From Gemmatales bacterium (GTDB lineage Bacteria > Planctomycetota > Planctomycetia > Gemmatales > HRBIN36): a stretch of 64,000 nt of DNA. Every line of letters starts with the position of its first letter. Positions within the stretch are counted from its first letter, which is position 1. The notes under the pieces were generated by a model that was given only the letters and a program-made list of their open reading frames with translations, did no database searches and had not been told where the DNA came from. Location of the stretch: NCBI GenBank assembly GCA_041640595.1, contig JBEPZY010000009.1:32001-96000 (forward strand), written 5' to 3'. Shown here one piece after another: positions 18,702 to 29,477 of this stretch. A program made the position numbers and the translations under genes.

Positions 18702-20492
18702 TCAGAAGTCTATTTTCTCAGGTGGCTCGGGTTTAGTTTCCGGTTTGGCTTTGTCGGGAAGTGCGGTTGGAATCTGGATAAGGAGATCGTCGCCGCGAGG
18801 CTGGTCCTCACTGGTGCGGCCACCGTCATCCTGGCCATTGGGACCCACGCTGTACAGAACGTATCCGCGTTCCGTGCGACGATAAATCGGTAGCTGGCCG
18901 GAAAATATGTCCTTGGGAACCGCCGGGATGTACTTCGGCGACAGGTCTTCCAATTTAGTCGGATACTGCCCCATTTCTGCTCGATACATTTCCAGAGCCA
19001 GGGCGATTTGCACCAGGTAGCCGGTCTGCTCACATCTATCTAAGGAGAGCTGCATTCGCTCGAACGCACGACTCATTAAACTCAGGAGCATGTAAACATT
19101 TCGCTGGACAAGTTTCTCACCAGGTTTCAACAAGACTACAGGCACATCGCCCAGACTCAACGCCGTCGCCTTTTCCATAGCTTTTTGCAGCTGCCTGGAG
19201 AGAGACTCATAGGCCTGATTACGGCGATTGCGGTCCGGTTCGTTCGCGGCAAGGGCCAGGCTGTCGTAGTATTGGTTGACCATGACAAGCATCTTTTTCC
19301 AGGGCAGGATCCGCTGCATCAAACGATGCTCCAGGGCAGGTAATACCCCGGGTCGCCGTGGCTCGCTGAGGAAAAAGTAGCCATGGCGGTAAAAAAATTG
19401 CACTGCATCAAGGGCTATGACCCGCTCACCCTGATCCACTATTTCCGCCAGGGGTCTGCGTGACGGCAGGTTTTGCAGGTCGTGGTAATGGCTGCGTAAG
19501 GTCTTGATGTCAGGATGCGTGGCTTCCAGATAGTGAACAATCGACCGATACGCGAGGTCCTCCAGGGCGACAGAAACCAGTGTGCTAATGAGCATAGGGT
19601 CTTTACCTACAATTCGCGCCAGACGCAGGACGGTCAGTATATCCTGCCAGGCCTGCTCGGTTTGACCTCGGGCACAATGCCACATGCTACGGGCCAAATA
19701 CGCTTGAGCCGCTTCCCGCAGTAACGGAATCTCCTGCAAATTATTGACGACGGCGAGAATAAAAAAATGCTGGCCATTGGATTCAGGGTTCACTATGGGT
19801 CGAAACCACTGTGGGCGCTGCGTTGCCTCGGCAATGATTTGCAAGGGCCTCTGATTGGCTTGTAACCATTGCGCAATCAGCGGAAAATCTTGCTGTTTCC
19901 AGGGCCGCCGGCAAGCCTGGCGGAGATTCGCATAGTGTTGCTTCCACTCGCCGTCTTGCTGCGGCTGCACTTTTTCGCGGATAAATGCCCCATAGGACAC
20001 GAAATATTCACCCTGGTCGGGCAACGGCTTGATACCGAGTTGTCGGAAAAACTCGTCGGGCAGCCGATCCTTAGTACCTGGTCGCGGCCCGAAGGCCTGA
20101 ATGAGCCGAACATAAGCATTTTTGTCGGGTTGCACACCCTTACGGAAATGAGCGTTCCAGGCGGCGACGTAATTCACATAACCGTCTTTGTCCAGCGGCT
20201 CGGTAAAATACGTGGTCTCCCTGCTGATTGGCCAGCTCGGCCCGCGGATCGGTTTTTCTTGGCCGGGCTTTGCCTGGTCTGGCTTTTTGGGTTGGTCAGC
20301 GGCTTTTTCTGCGGCAGGTTTACCATCGTCGCTCGATTTCGGCTTCTCACCTGCCGTTGGGTCTGCCGAGATGCCGAACAGCCATCCCATGTACAGTAGC
20401 GAACAGGCCAGCACTGTAATCAGCTGCCAGCCTGCGAGTTTGCAGTCCAATGCGTTGGCGACTCGATCCCCGCTTGTCCTGGGCCGGTGCAT
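18702..20492 (-). CDS. Planctomycete-specific exported helical protein with GspG-like C-terminal motif
   Basis: ISRETTYFTEPLDKDGYVNY N-motif and C-terminal LALEMYRAEMGQYP...DIFSG...YVLYSVGPNGQDDGG. Confidence 0.75.
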   Translation of the reverse strand: MHRPRTSGDRVANALDCKLAGWQLITVLACSLLYMGWLFGISADPTAGEKPKSSDDGKPAAEKAADQPKKPDQAKPGQEKPIRGPSWPISRETTYFTEPLDKDGYVNYVAAWNAHFRKGVQPDKNAYVRLIQAFGPRPGTKDRLPDEFFRQLGIKPLPDQGEYFVSYGAFIREKVQPQQDGEWKQHYANLRQACRRPWKQQDFPLIAQWLQANQRPLQIIAEATQRPQWFRPIVNPESNGQHFFILAVVNNLQEIPLLREAAQAYLARSMWHCARGQTEQAWQDILTVLRLARIVGKDPMLISTLVSVALEDLAYRSIVHYLEATHPDIKTLRSHYHDLQNLPSRRPLAEIVDQGERVIALDAVQFFYRHGYFFLSEPRRPGVLPALEHRLMQRILPWKKMLVMVNQYYDSLALAANEPDRNRRNQAYESLSRQLQKAMEKATALSLGDVPVVLLKPGEKLVQRNVYMLLSLMSRAFERMQLSLDRCEQTGYLVQIALALEMYRAEMGQYPTKLEDLSPKYIPAVPKDIFSGQLPIYRRTERGYVLYSVGPNGQDDGGRTSEDQPRGDDLLIQIPTALPDKAKPETKPEPPEKIDF

Positions 20493-20795
20493 GGCGAAAC
20501 CTCCACGGATTTTGCGAGGCCACGGTTTCTTGCGCAGGGTTTCTTTCAGGAGAACCGATTGGTTTGGCTGGTGGATTGTAAGCCGACTGCCATCCCCTGG
20601 TTAAATACGCCACGCTGCATGAGGCATTTTGTAAAAATAAGGGCGTTCAGTGGTCAACCTGCCATGACGACGGTGCACGTGGTGAAAGATTTCGACGCGG
20701 CGAGAATGTCGGCGTGGATTGATGTGCAAAAACGACCTTTTGGATGAGGCGGAGCGTCTAGGGCTTCGATGCAGTGAACGCGCCAGTTTAGATGC

Positions 20796-23087
20796 CTACA
20801 GGACGCTGAGCGGGTCTATATCGAGGGAAAGTTCGGCCGAGTCGGGCAGCGAGGTTTTTTCCAGGACCTGGCGTATCAAGCAGCTTCGCCAGGCGGGTTT
20901 GGGCGTGAGCACCAGGAGGTGGTATCGGTACAAGTTGCGCAAGCGATGTATCGGACAGGCAGCCGGGCCGAGTATCTGCGCGGCAACTGCGGGTTGACGT
21001 TGTTGCAGTTCTCGCAAAGCCTGGCGGAACCGTTCGGCCAGCAGTTGTGCCGCTTCTTGAGCGATTTGCTCTTGCGGACTGCGAACGACCAGCCGGGCCA
21101 GTCGGCCGAAAGGTGGATAACCCAGAGCCCGGCGATTCGACAATTCCTGCTCGGCAAAACGAGCGAAGTCGTGTGTTGCGGCCAGGCGAATGCAGGGATG
21201 GTCGGGGTTGTAGGTTTGGACAAGGACCCGGCCACCGCGTTCGCCACGACCGGTGCGACCGGCAACCTGTGCCAACAGCTGAAAGGTTCGTTCGGCAGCG
21301 CGGAAGTCGGGCAAATACAAAGCCGTATCGGCGTTCACCACACCGACCAGCGTCACGTTCGGAAAATCCAGGCCCTTGGCGATCATCTGCGTTCCGAACA
21401 GGATGCGAACCTCGCCACGACGGAATGCGTCCAGGACAGCGCCATATCGTGCTCCACGACGCATCACATCGCTATCCATTCGCCGAGCGGGGACGTCGGG
21501 AAAAAGTGTCGCCAGTTCTGCTTCCAGTTTCTGTGTACCCAGACCGTAATGGCGAATGGCAGGCAGGTCGCATTGCGGGCATCGGGCTGGGGGCGGTTGT
21601 TCATAGCCGCAATAATGACACACTGCCCGATCGGTATCCCGGTGATACGTCAGCGCCACGCTGCAAAAACGACATTGCACCACATAGCCGCACGCCGGGC
21701 AAAGGATATACGTGTCGAATCCGCGACGGTTCAGCAGCAGGATCACCTGGCCCCCTTCGCGCAAAGCAGTACGGATAGCCTCTTCCAGCTGGGGACTGAT
21801 GGCCCGAAAGCGACCGGGACGGGCATTCTCGTGCCGCATATCCACGATCTGCACTGGCGGTAACGGTCGGCCCTGAACCCGACTGGGCAGCGTGAGTAAC
21901 GTGTACCGCCCTTGCTGGACATTGTGCCAGCTTTCCAATGACGGCGTAGCCGAGCCCAGCACGACTGGGATGTTTTCGAGCTGTGCCCGTTTCACCGCCA
22001 CATCACGGGCGTGGTAACGCGGAGAAGTTTCCTGTTTGAAACTCGGCTCGTGTTCCTCATCCACGACGATCAGACCGAGCCGGCGCGTCGGTGCAAAAAT
22101 GGCGCTACGGGCACCAATGATCACATCAGCATCGCCGGCGGCAATCTGGCGCCAGAAGCCCGCCCGCTCGGGGTCGGCCAGATGACTGTGCAGGACGGCG
22201 ATACGCTGAAATCGGCTGCGAAACCGCTCGATGGTCTGCGGCGTCAGACTGATCTCCGGCACCAGCACAATCGCCTGACGTCCGGCAGCCACCACTTTCT
22301 CAATCGCCCGCAGATATACCTCGGTCTTGCCGCTACCAGTTACGCCGAACAGTAAAAACGCTTCAAACCGCCCGCTGCGGAGTGCCGTTTCGATAGCGGC
22401 CAGTGCAGCCGATTGCGCCGGGGTCAGTTCCACTGCCTGCCCGACCGGCTCGGCTTCCACCTGCGGCAGCACCGTGGGCAACCGTTGCCGCACAACACGT
22501 ACGTATCCTTTGCGGATCAGATTGCGAATCACGGTCGGGCTGGCACCGAGTTGACGCAGGCATTCCCGCATCTCGACCGGCTGGTGTGCCCGGACGAGCC
22601 ACTCGTACACAGTTCGTTGCCGGGGCGTTAGCACAGCACCGCCGCCGCTAGCCAGCGAGGGAGTAACTGCTTCCAGGAAAACCCGTTCCCGGGTGCCGGA
22701 ACGCAACCGTGCCGGTCGCGGGACCACCGATTGGAGAACCTCTCCCCACGGGCAGAAGTAATACTCACCGAGCCAGTGTGTCAGTCGTAGCAGGGCGGGA
22801 CTGAGCAACGGCTCGTCGTCGAGAATGCGGCGAATTGGTTTGGGTACAACCGGCGGCGGTTCGGAGGTCAGGCCAACACAATAACCTACCAGATTGCGGT
22901 TCCCCTTACCGAACGGTGCGACCACCCGTTTCCCCACCGAGATCTGCTGAGCGAGTTCATCCGGCACGGCGTAACGCCAGCTTTTACTTACTGGGCCAGG
23001 GAAAACCAGGTCTGCGAAAAGACTCCCACCCGTTCCCGACTCGTCAAAAAGTCCAACCTGTTCTGCCGGATGCCCGGAACTGGCCAT
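20796..23087 (-). CDS. priA: Primosomal protein N'
   Basis: GVTGSGKTEVY, VDEEHE, two CxxC zinc pairs and GTQMIAKGLDFP. Confidence 0.97.
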   Translation of the reverse strand: MASSGHPAEQVGLFDESGTGGSLFADLVFPGPVSKSWRYAVPDELAQQISVGKRVVAPFGKGNRNLVGYCVGLTSEPPPVVPKPIRRILDDEPLLSPALLRLTHWLGEYYFCPWGEVLQSVVPRPARLRSGTRERVFLEAVTPSLASGGGAVLTPRQRTVYEWLVRAHQPVEMRECLRQLGASPTVIRNLIRKGYVRVVRQRLPTVLPQVEAEPVGQAVELTPAQSAALAAIETALRSGRFEAFLLFGVTGSGKTEVYLRAIEKVVAAGRQAIVLVPEISLTPQTIERFRSRFQRIAVLHSHLADPERAGFWRQIAAGDADVIIGARSAIFAPTRRLGLIVVDEEHEPSFKQETSPRYHARDVAVKRAQLENIPVVLGSATPSLESWHNVQQGRYTLLTLPSRVQGRPLPPVQIVDMRHENARPGRFRAISPQLEEAIRTALREGGQVILLLNRRGFDTYILCPACGYVVQCRFCSVALTYHRDTDRAVCHYCGYEQPPPARCPQCDLPAIRHYGLGTQKLEAELATLFPDVPARRMDSDVMRRGARYGAVLDAFRRGEVRILFGTQMIAKGLDFPNVTLVGVVNADTALYLPDFRAAERTFQLLAQVAGRTGRGERGGRVLVQTYNPDHPCIRLAATHDFARFAEQELSNRRALGYPPFGRLARLVVRSPQEQIAQEAAQLLAERFRQALRELQQRQPAVAAQILGPAACPIHRLRNLYRYHLLVLTPKPAWRSCLIRQVLEKTSLPDSAELSLDIDPLSVL

Positions 23088-23178
23088 GCCTGAAATTGTC
23101 CTTCCCGATTCGGTTCAGCCGACCAGATTAGCACGTGATTCAGGCCTCGCAGCAGCGAGGAACACCGCCTGGCAGCAG

Positions 23179-24363
23179 TTACTGACTGGCGGCAGCAGTC
23201 CATAGAGTGCTATGCTGGCGCAATTGCCGTACCGTAGCAACTACCCGCTCAATCACCCAGTCAATTTCGGCTTCGGTATTGAACCGACCCAGCCCGAACC
23301 GAACGCTGGCATCGGCCTGCTCATCGTCCAGACCGATGGCTTTGAGGACGTGGCTCGGTCCTAAGCGGGCCGTTGTGCATGCCGAACCGGTACTGACGGC
23401 AATATCTTTCATCGCCAGCAACAGGGCCTCGCCTTTGACACCCGCGAAGCTGACGTTCAGATTGTTGGGCAGGCGCTGCTGAGGATGGCCGTTGAGGCGC
23501 ACTCCTTCCAGCTGTTGTTGCAAACCCTGCCACAGACGATCGCGGAGTCGGCGAAGGTACTGCGATTCCTGCGGCATCAATTCCTGGCACAGTCGGCAGG
23601 CTTCGCCGAGACCGACGATGAGCGGCACGGGCAATGTCCCGGAGCGCAGCCCGGATTCCTGACCACCGCCATCAATTTGGGGTTCCAGGCGCACTCGTTT
23701 GCCCCGTTTGCGGACAAATAGCGCCCCGATTCCTTTCGGGCCGTAGATTTTGTGCCCGGACAAGCTCAGCAAATCCACCTGCAATTCGTCCACGTGAACC
23801 GGAATCTTCCCGACCGCCTGTGCGGCATCCGTGTGCAGAGGCACGTTGCGTTCCCGGCAAATGGCGCCGATCTCCGCCAGGGGCTGGATGGTGCCGATTT
23901 CGTTGTTCGCCAGCATGACGCTGACCAGAATCGTCTGCGGTCGAATCGCATCGGCCACCGCTTGCGGGTCCACCTGGCCGTACTCATCCACTGGCAACAC
24001 CGTTACCTCGTAACCATCGTGTGCCAGACGCTTGCAGGGATCGAGAACCGCCTTATGCTCCGTGGCTACGGTGATGATGTGATTCCCTTTGTGCCGGTAC
24101 ATGCGGGCGACACCTTTGATGGCCAGATTGTTGCTCTCGGTAGCGCCGCTGGTGAAGATGATTTCATTTTCGCTGGCGCCGATTAATTCCGCGACTTGCC
24201 GTCGCGCTTGCTCGACCGCTTCGTGGGCTTCCGTGCCGAACCAGTGATTGATGCTGGCGGCGTTGCCGTATTTCTCCGTAAAATAAGGAAGCATCGCCTC
24301 GACCACCCGCGGATCACAGCGAGTCGTCGCATGATTGTCCAGATAAATCGGCAGGCGCACCAT
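23179..24363 (-). CDS. iscS: Cysteine desulfurase (IscS/NifS family)
   Basis: [29 protein letters not shown] (PLP Lys) and STGSACT (catalytic Cys). Start set at MVRLP (24363). Confidence 0.93.
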   Translation of the reverse strand: MVRLPIYLDNHATTRCDPRVVEAMLPYFTEKYGNAASINHWFGTEAHEAVEQARRQVAELIGASENEIIFTSGATESNNLAIKGVARMYRHKGNHIITVATEHKAVLDPCKRLAHDGYEVTVLPVDEYGQVDPQAVADAIRPQTILVSVMLANNEIGTIQPLAEIGAICRERNVPLHTDAAQAVGKIPVHVDELQVDLLSLSGHKIYGPKGIGALFVRKRGKRVRLEPQIDGGGQESGLRSGTLPVPLIVGLGEACRLCQELMPQESQYLRRLRDRLWQGLQQQLEGVRLNGHPQQRLPNNLNVSFAGVKGEALLLAMKDIAVSTGSACTTARLGPSHVLKAIGLDDEQADASVRFGLGRFNTEAEIDWVIERVVATVRQLRQHSTLWTAAASQ

Positions 24364-24519
24364 AGCGTGGCCCCTCAGCGGGCAATGGGCAACCCCTGGG
24401 GATTTCCCGACCCAACCGCGACCGCCCAGTCCCCGAACGAACCGGAAGCGGCTGCCCCTGGTGGCGGCGTGAGCGTGCCGGCAAAGGTCCGTCCGGTTCA
24501 AAAGTTCCATCGCAACCCG

Positions 24520-25311
24520 ATGCCTAAACACTGGCCCTGGGTTGCGGGAATGGTCGGGCTGATCGGGCTAATTGGTCTGCTACTTGTAGGCATTGTATGC
24601 CACGGCTGCCATTCACACGAGGAGGAATTGCGTTTGCGGGAGTTTCTTCCTTCGGCTTATGCTGCCGAACCGGTGCCGGCAACGGGTCAAATAACTGGCA
24701 TCGTTCGCTTCACGGGGACGATACCGCCGCCACGACGTGTGGAGACGAACGACGGCACCACCATCGAAATTGCTGACCTGCGTGTTGATCCGCAAACGAA
24801 AGGCCTCGCCGAAGTGCTGGTTTTCGTGGAAAATCCGCCACTTACCAAAAGCCCACCGCCGCGACAAGCCGCAGTGATTGACCAGGTCAACTGGCTATTC
24901 CGTCCGCGCGTGGTCGGCGTTGTGGCTGGTCAAGAGGTTCGTTTCGAGAACAACGATACCTGCAACCATTCGGTGCAGACGCAATCCAGTAATCCGACTA
25001 ACCAAATCAATGCTGCGGCTGGGCCGGGAGTGCCCATTATCCATCGGTTTGAAGCCCAGCGGGACCCGATTCCGGTAAGCTGCGCTTTGCATCCGTGGAT
25101 GCGGGCTTACCTGTTCGTTTCGCCTCATCCGTTTTTCGCGGTAACCGACGAGCGTGGCGAATTTGCTCTGCCCAAACTTCCGCCGGGTGAGTATCGCTTG
25201 CGCTGGCTGCATCCGATAAGCAGGCTGCAAACTCGTCGTGAGGTTACTGTAGCGGCCCAGACGACTGTGCGGTTGAACATCGTCTGGGATCGCCTGCCCG
25301 ATAGCCAGTAG
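24520..25311 (+). CDS. Exported carboxypeptidase-regulatory-like / cupredoxin-like domain protein
   Basis: N-terminal [31 protein letters not shown] and [13 protein letters not shown]. Confidence 0.8.
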   Translation: MPKHWPWVAGMVGLIGLIGLLLVGIVCHGCHSHEEELRLREFLPSAYAAEPVPATGQITGIVRFTGTIPPPRRVETNDGTTIEIADLRVDPQTKGLAEVLVFVENPPLTKSPPPRQAAVIDQVNWLFRPRVVGVVAGQEVRFENNDTCNHSVQTQSSNPTNQINAAAGPGVPIIHRFEAQRDPIPVSCALHPWMRAYLFVSPHPFFAVTDERGEFALPKLPPGEYRLRWLHPISRLQTRREVTVAAQTTVRLNIVWDRLPDSQ

Positions 25312-25380
25312 CACCAGCGATTACCCCGACGGCTCCTGGACGCCCGACTGGTACGACGCGGATTTGTTGGGGGCTATATC

Positions 25381-25485
25381 GCTTATGGCCCGGAGCAGTA
25401 TCCAGGGCGCGTTTTTGCCATGTCCGTCTCATTGTAAGCACGGTGGCTTATACCACGCGGAGCAGTACCGGAGGCGTGTCTATGG
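25381..25485. repeat. Degenerate direct repeat pair, period ~65-67; second copy overlaps the stop codon of the CxxCH gene
   Basis: GCTTATGGCCCGGAGCAGTATCCAGGGCGCGTTTTTGCC (25381) vs GCTTATACCACGCGGAGCAGTACCGGAGGCGTGTCTATGG (25446). Confidence 0.6.
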
Positions 25486-28400
25486 CCCTTTGACGATCTG
25501 GGCTCGGGCCGGCGAACCAGGAACATTCTCCAGCAAGACACGCAAACCTTCATCTCCACGCAGGCGTTTGTTGATGAGGAACGTGAGCGTGTGCATCCCT
25601 GGCGAGACGGTGATGAGGGTTTCCGGAGCGACAGGCACTTCGCGGTCGTCGAGCCAGAGGGTCAGGCCAGTAGTCGAACTGAGGACCAGTTTGAGCTGGC
25701 CACCGGTGCCCACCTCCAGTTTCGTCTGCACAAGCGCCTCCGAAGCAGGACCGAGATCGCTCATCGGCAACTCACCCGAAACTTTGCTGTACACAGGCGA
25801 CCAGACAGCCGTCGGATCACGACTGAGCCGCGTGATCTCCGCACCGCTGAGGGAATTGCCGGTACGGTTGGGCGAAACTAGAACCCGCCAGGTACGGAAG
25901 ACGGCAATGTTCGGCGTGGCGAACGGGCCGGGCTTGCCGAGTTCGCTCACAAATCGGCACAGGTCGAGGAATTCCTGTCGTGTCATCTGGTCCACCAGAC
26001 CGGCGGGCATGATGGACGGGGCATCAGCCATTTCCTCAATTTCGGCAGTGGGAATCGTCAGGGTTTGCCGGGTCGCACCATCGCGGATGGTGACTTCCTT
26101 GGCGGTCTTGCCGGCCAGTACGCCGTGATAAATCTTGCCATCGCGCGTGGCAATAGTAACGCAGGCATACCCTTCGCGCACCGCCTTCTGCGGTAGCAGG
26201 ATCGATTCGACGATGTAATCCAGAGGCGAACTGGTACCGATACCTTCCAGGTCGGGGCCAACATGGGGCCCGGCCCCGGCAATGGCATGACAGGACTGGC
26301 AACCCAAATCCTTGCGACGAAAGACCAGCTCACCACGGAAGGGGTCGCCTTTGCTGCGGACTTCTTCGAGCAACTGTTTTATGTCAATTTTGGTCAGTTC
26401 TTTGCTCAGGTTGCTGCTACCGGCAGCACGGTTCAGCACTTCGTTCAGCGGAGCATGGGTTATCCCTGCGCTGTGAATGAAGCGAAGAGCGAGTTTGGCT
26501 GCGTCGGTGTGCAAAGCACGATTTTGCATTTCCCGGGCCAGCAAGTCGGGGCCACCCTTGCGTGTGAGCACGGCCTCCAGAGCGGGGGTCAGGTCAACCG
26601 TTTTGGGGTCTTGCGTGAGCAAATTCGCCAGGGCTACAGTAGCCCGCTGCAGGTCGGCACGCGCCAGGGTGGCAATAGCGGCCACGCGGAATTCGCTGGT
26701 CGGGCCAGTGCTTGCCAGCGGTTGCAGATATTCGACCGCGGTACGGTCCCCAAGCTGCAGGAGCGCTTCCCAGACGGCTTGCCGTACCAGCAACGGTAAT
26801 TGCTCCTGGCGAGCCAGCTGTTGCAGTGTGGGCAAAGCCGAGCGTTCCTGCCAGACCCCGACGAGTTTTGCCGCAGCCGCGGCGACTTGTGGGTGGGGCG
26901 ATTTGAGCAGCACCTCGATCCGGGTAGCCACCTCTCGCGGTTGTGCCCGGCGTAATTTCCAGGTCTCAGCCAGCACTTCCAGAATGCGTGCATGCAGATG
27001 GGGATCGTAATCCCGTCCTGCTTGCCGCAACAGTTGCACGAGCCGCTCGTATTCAAACACCTCGAAAAGCTCGTCCTGGTTACCCGAGCTGGCAATGAGC
27101 AGCAGAGTAGGTTCGAGGCGATCGGCAGGAATCTTCCCGGTTTTGAGCAAGGCCAGCAACGCACCGACGCTCTGGGCTTTGACTGCGGTGAGCACGGCCT
27201 GGATCCGCTGAGGCTTTCCATCGAAATTAAGCCGGCCCGCTTGAAATTCTGGCCACCAGTAATCGCGCAATGCCAGGGCGGTGTGGCGGAATGCGTAGTT
27301 CAGCGTGCGGTCCATTGGGAAATCGGCGGCACGGGCCACTAATTCCATGGCGCGAGCCTGCGGAATATAGCTCAACGCCACTACAGCCTCCATCCGCACC
27401 CGCGGGTGGGGATCGCTGACCAGCTCGCCGAGCCATTCCATAGCCTCCGACACCTGGATGTGCGATGCAGCTGGCGGGATGCCGGCAAGAGCATCGCTCA
27501 GCCAGTAGCGCAAAACGATGATCGCTGCGGCACGCGCTTCCGGTTTGCTTGAACGTAGCACGGAACGCAACAACTCCGGCTCGACTACATCTATCGTTTG
27601 GAATGCCCACAAAGCCTCCAGCCGATGATGTTCGTACTCCGGGTCCTGGCGATCCAGCCGGGCCACGAATCGCCGCAAGGCTTCCGCGATCTCGCTCTGC
27701 TTTTGCGGGTCGCTGGCACGATCGTAGAGAATTCGCCGCGCCATATCCCGGATGTAACCTTCCGGAGACTTCAATTGCTCCACCAGTTGTTCCACTGGCA
27801 GGTCATGCAGACGCGGACGGGGAAGCGGTTTCCGCCCTTTTTGGGTGATACGCCAGATGCGACCGTTGAGATGATCCCGGCGGGGGTCGCGGAATTCGTA
27901 CTGCATGTGGCCGATGATTTCCTGGAAGAAGTCCGCGATGTAGATCGCACCGTCGGGTCCCACTTTGACGTCCACCGGGCGGAAATATGGCTCGTTCGAG
28001 TTGATCAAGAGCGGTTGCAATTCCCGCGTAGCGAATCCGGCACCGTCGTCGCTGAACTCATAGAGATTGACGGTCTTGTTCTTAAACGCGTTGAGCACCA
28101 TCAGGCCGCGGTATTTTTCGCTGAAATGGCTGCTGTACAAAAACTCATTACCGCAGGCTTTCGGAGCCGGTGTACCGGGGGTGCGTTCCCGCGGCTTACT
28201 GGAAACGCAGCCGGGATTGAGATGCCAGATCCAACCCTGCGGCCCTTCGGTCAGAAAACACTGGCCCCACTTATCGAAAGCAAGGCCCCAGGGATTGGTC
28301 GCAGTGCCCACGTTGAAAAATCCCAACCGCAACTTTCGTGGTTGCAATTCAAACGTGCAACCGTCATCCATGCGCACTACGCCCCAGGGCGTTTCCACCT

Positions 28401-29103
28401 GCGTGTGCAAAAAGATACCCGAGAGCATGTGCAACCGACCATTGGGACTCCAGCGAAAGGCGCTGATGGCGTGGTGATTGTCTTCCGTGCCGAATCCGCT
28501 CAGCAAAATCCGCACTTCATCCGCACGCAGGTCGCCATCGGTGTCGCGCAGAAACAGTAAATCGGGCTGGTTGGCTACATACACCCCGCCGTCGCCGATG
28601 GCGATTCCCGTCGGCACATACAGCTTGTCGTAAAAAATCGTGCATTTGTCCGCGACGCCGTCTCCATCAGTGTCCTCAAGAACGCTGATGAAATCCATGT
28701 TCCTCTGCCCAGGCAACGCCTGCGGATACATTGGGGAATTGACGACCCACAGGCGATTATGGCTGTCCCAGGCCATGGCTACCGGATTAATCACCCACGG
28801 CGAGCTGGCAAAGAGATTCACCTCAAAGTCGGGATGCACAATGAAACCGCGACGCTGTGCGGCAGGATCGTGAACGCGATTGTGCGGGTAGAGCTTTTTC
28901 AGTTCGTCCCAAATCTTTTCCGGCGTAATGCCCGGGGTAACCGCTTGCGGCTGTGCTGGCCGGGCCGGGATCGCTACCCTCCTGCTATTAGCTTCGCCAG
29001 ACGGCGTGTTACCGGAACCAGGCCCAGGCGATCCCGGTTGCGCCATTCCCCAGGCGAAAACAATTCCCAGCACGATTGAGCTGAGCGTAGATTTCCACCA
29101 CAT
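25480..29103 (-). CDS. PVC-type heme-binding CxxCH protein (dehydrogenase-like propeller + HEAT repeats + cytochrome c)
   Basis: Start MWWKS with signal peptide; LEDTDGDGVAD, FRPVDVKVGPDGAIYIAD, HEAT repeats and CQSCH...VGPDL. Confidence 0.92.
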   Translation of the reverse strand: MWWKSTLSSIVLGIVFAWGMAQPGSPGPGSGNTPSGEANSRRVAIPARPAQPQAVTPGITPEKIWDELKKLYPHNRVHDPAAQRRGFIVHPDFEVNLFASSPWVINPVAMAWDSHNRLWVVNSPMYPQALPGQRNMDFISVLEDTDGDGVADKCTIFYDKLYVPTGIAIGDGGVYVANQPDLLFLRDTDGDLRADEVRILLSGFGTEDNHHAISAFRWSPNGRLHMLSGIFLHTQVETPWGVVRMDDGCTFELQPRKLRLGFFNVGTATNPWGLAFDKWGQCFLTEGPQGWIWHLNPGCVSSKPRERTPGTPAPKACGNEFLYSSHFSEKYRGLMVLNAFKNKTVNLYEFSDDGAGFATRELQPLLINSNEPYFRPVDVKVGPDGAIYIADFFQEIIGHMQYEFRDPRRDHLNGRIWRITQKGRKPLPRPRLHDLPVEQLVEQLKSPEGYIRDMARRILYDRASDPQKQSEIAEALRRFVARLDRQDPEYEHHRLEALWAFQTIDVVEPELLRSVLRSSKPEARAAAIIVLRYWLSDALAGIPPAASHIQVSEAMEWLGELVSDPHPRVRMEAVVALSYIPQARAMELVARAADFPMDRTLNYAFRHTALALRDYWWPEFQAGRLNFDGKPQRIQAVLTAVKAQSVGALLALLKTGKIPADRLEPTLLLIASSGNQDELFEVFEYERLVQLLRQAGRDYDPHLHARILEVLAETWKLRRAQPREVATRIEVLLKSPHPQVAAAAAKLVGVWQERSALPTLQQLARQEQLPLLVRQAVWEALLQLGDRTAVEYLQPLASTGPTSEFRVAAIATLARADLQRATVALANLLTQDPKTVDLTPALEAVLTRKGGPDLLAREMQNRALHTDAAKLALRFIHSAGITHAPLNEVLNRAAGSSNLSKELTKIDIKQLLEEVRSKGDPFRGELVFRRKDLGCQSCHAIAGAGPHVGPDLEGIGTSSPLDYIVESILLPQKAVREGYACVTIATRDGKIYHGVLAGKTAKEVTIRDGATRQTLTIPTAEIEEMADAPSIMPAGLVDQMTRQEFLDLCRFVSELGKPGPFATPNIAVFRTWRVLVSPNRTGNSLSGAEITRLSRDPTAVWSPVYSKVSGELPMSDLGPASEALVQTKLEVGTGGQLKLVLSSTTGLTLWLDDREVPVAPETLITVSPGMHTLTFLINKRLRGDEGLRVLLENVPGSPARAQIVKGP

Positions 29104-29254
29104 CACCGCTACTCCTGTTTCAGTAGGCAGGTCTGTTCGGGCGGGCTGTATTCTGATTCTACACGCGCCTCCGGCGATTGACCGGAAGCATGCAAGTGGT
29201 ATCTTACAATTTACTGGAAAATCGAGAAAGTATTTGCTCCAAGGAGACTCGCCC

Positions 29255-29413
29255 ATGTCCATTGTCCGAGTCGGTCTTTCGGAACATCGCAAATACGCCG
29301 AGGGGTGGGAAGCCATTTTCGGCAAAAAGAAGGCGTCGAAGAATTCCTCCCGCAACGCCAGCGCTGCGAGCAAGAAAACCAAAAAGTCCGGCAGCAAGAA
29401 AGCGAAAAAATAG
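29255..29413 (+). CDS. Small basic Lys-rich protein
   Basis: AAGGAG RBS; MSIVRVGLSEHRKYAEGWEAIFGKKK...KKAKK (52 aa). Confidence 0.7.
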   Translation: MSIVRVGLSEHRKYAEGWEAIFGKKKASKNSSRNASAASKKTKKSGSKKAKK

Positions 29414-29477
29414 CCTCGCAAAGCCGTTATCTGGCGGCATCACTCACGCCAGCGACTGACCCGGATTGCCACGGGCA

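Noticed and set aside
29104..29421. N-terminal extension of the 1313-aa ORF
   Set aside because: Antisense to the small basic gene; the signal peptide and RBS fit a start at 29103.
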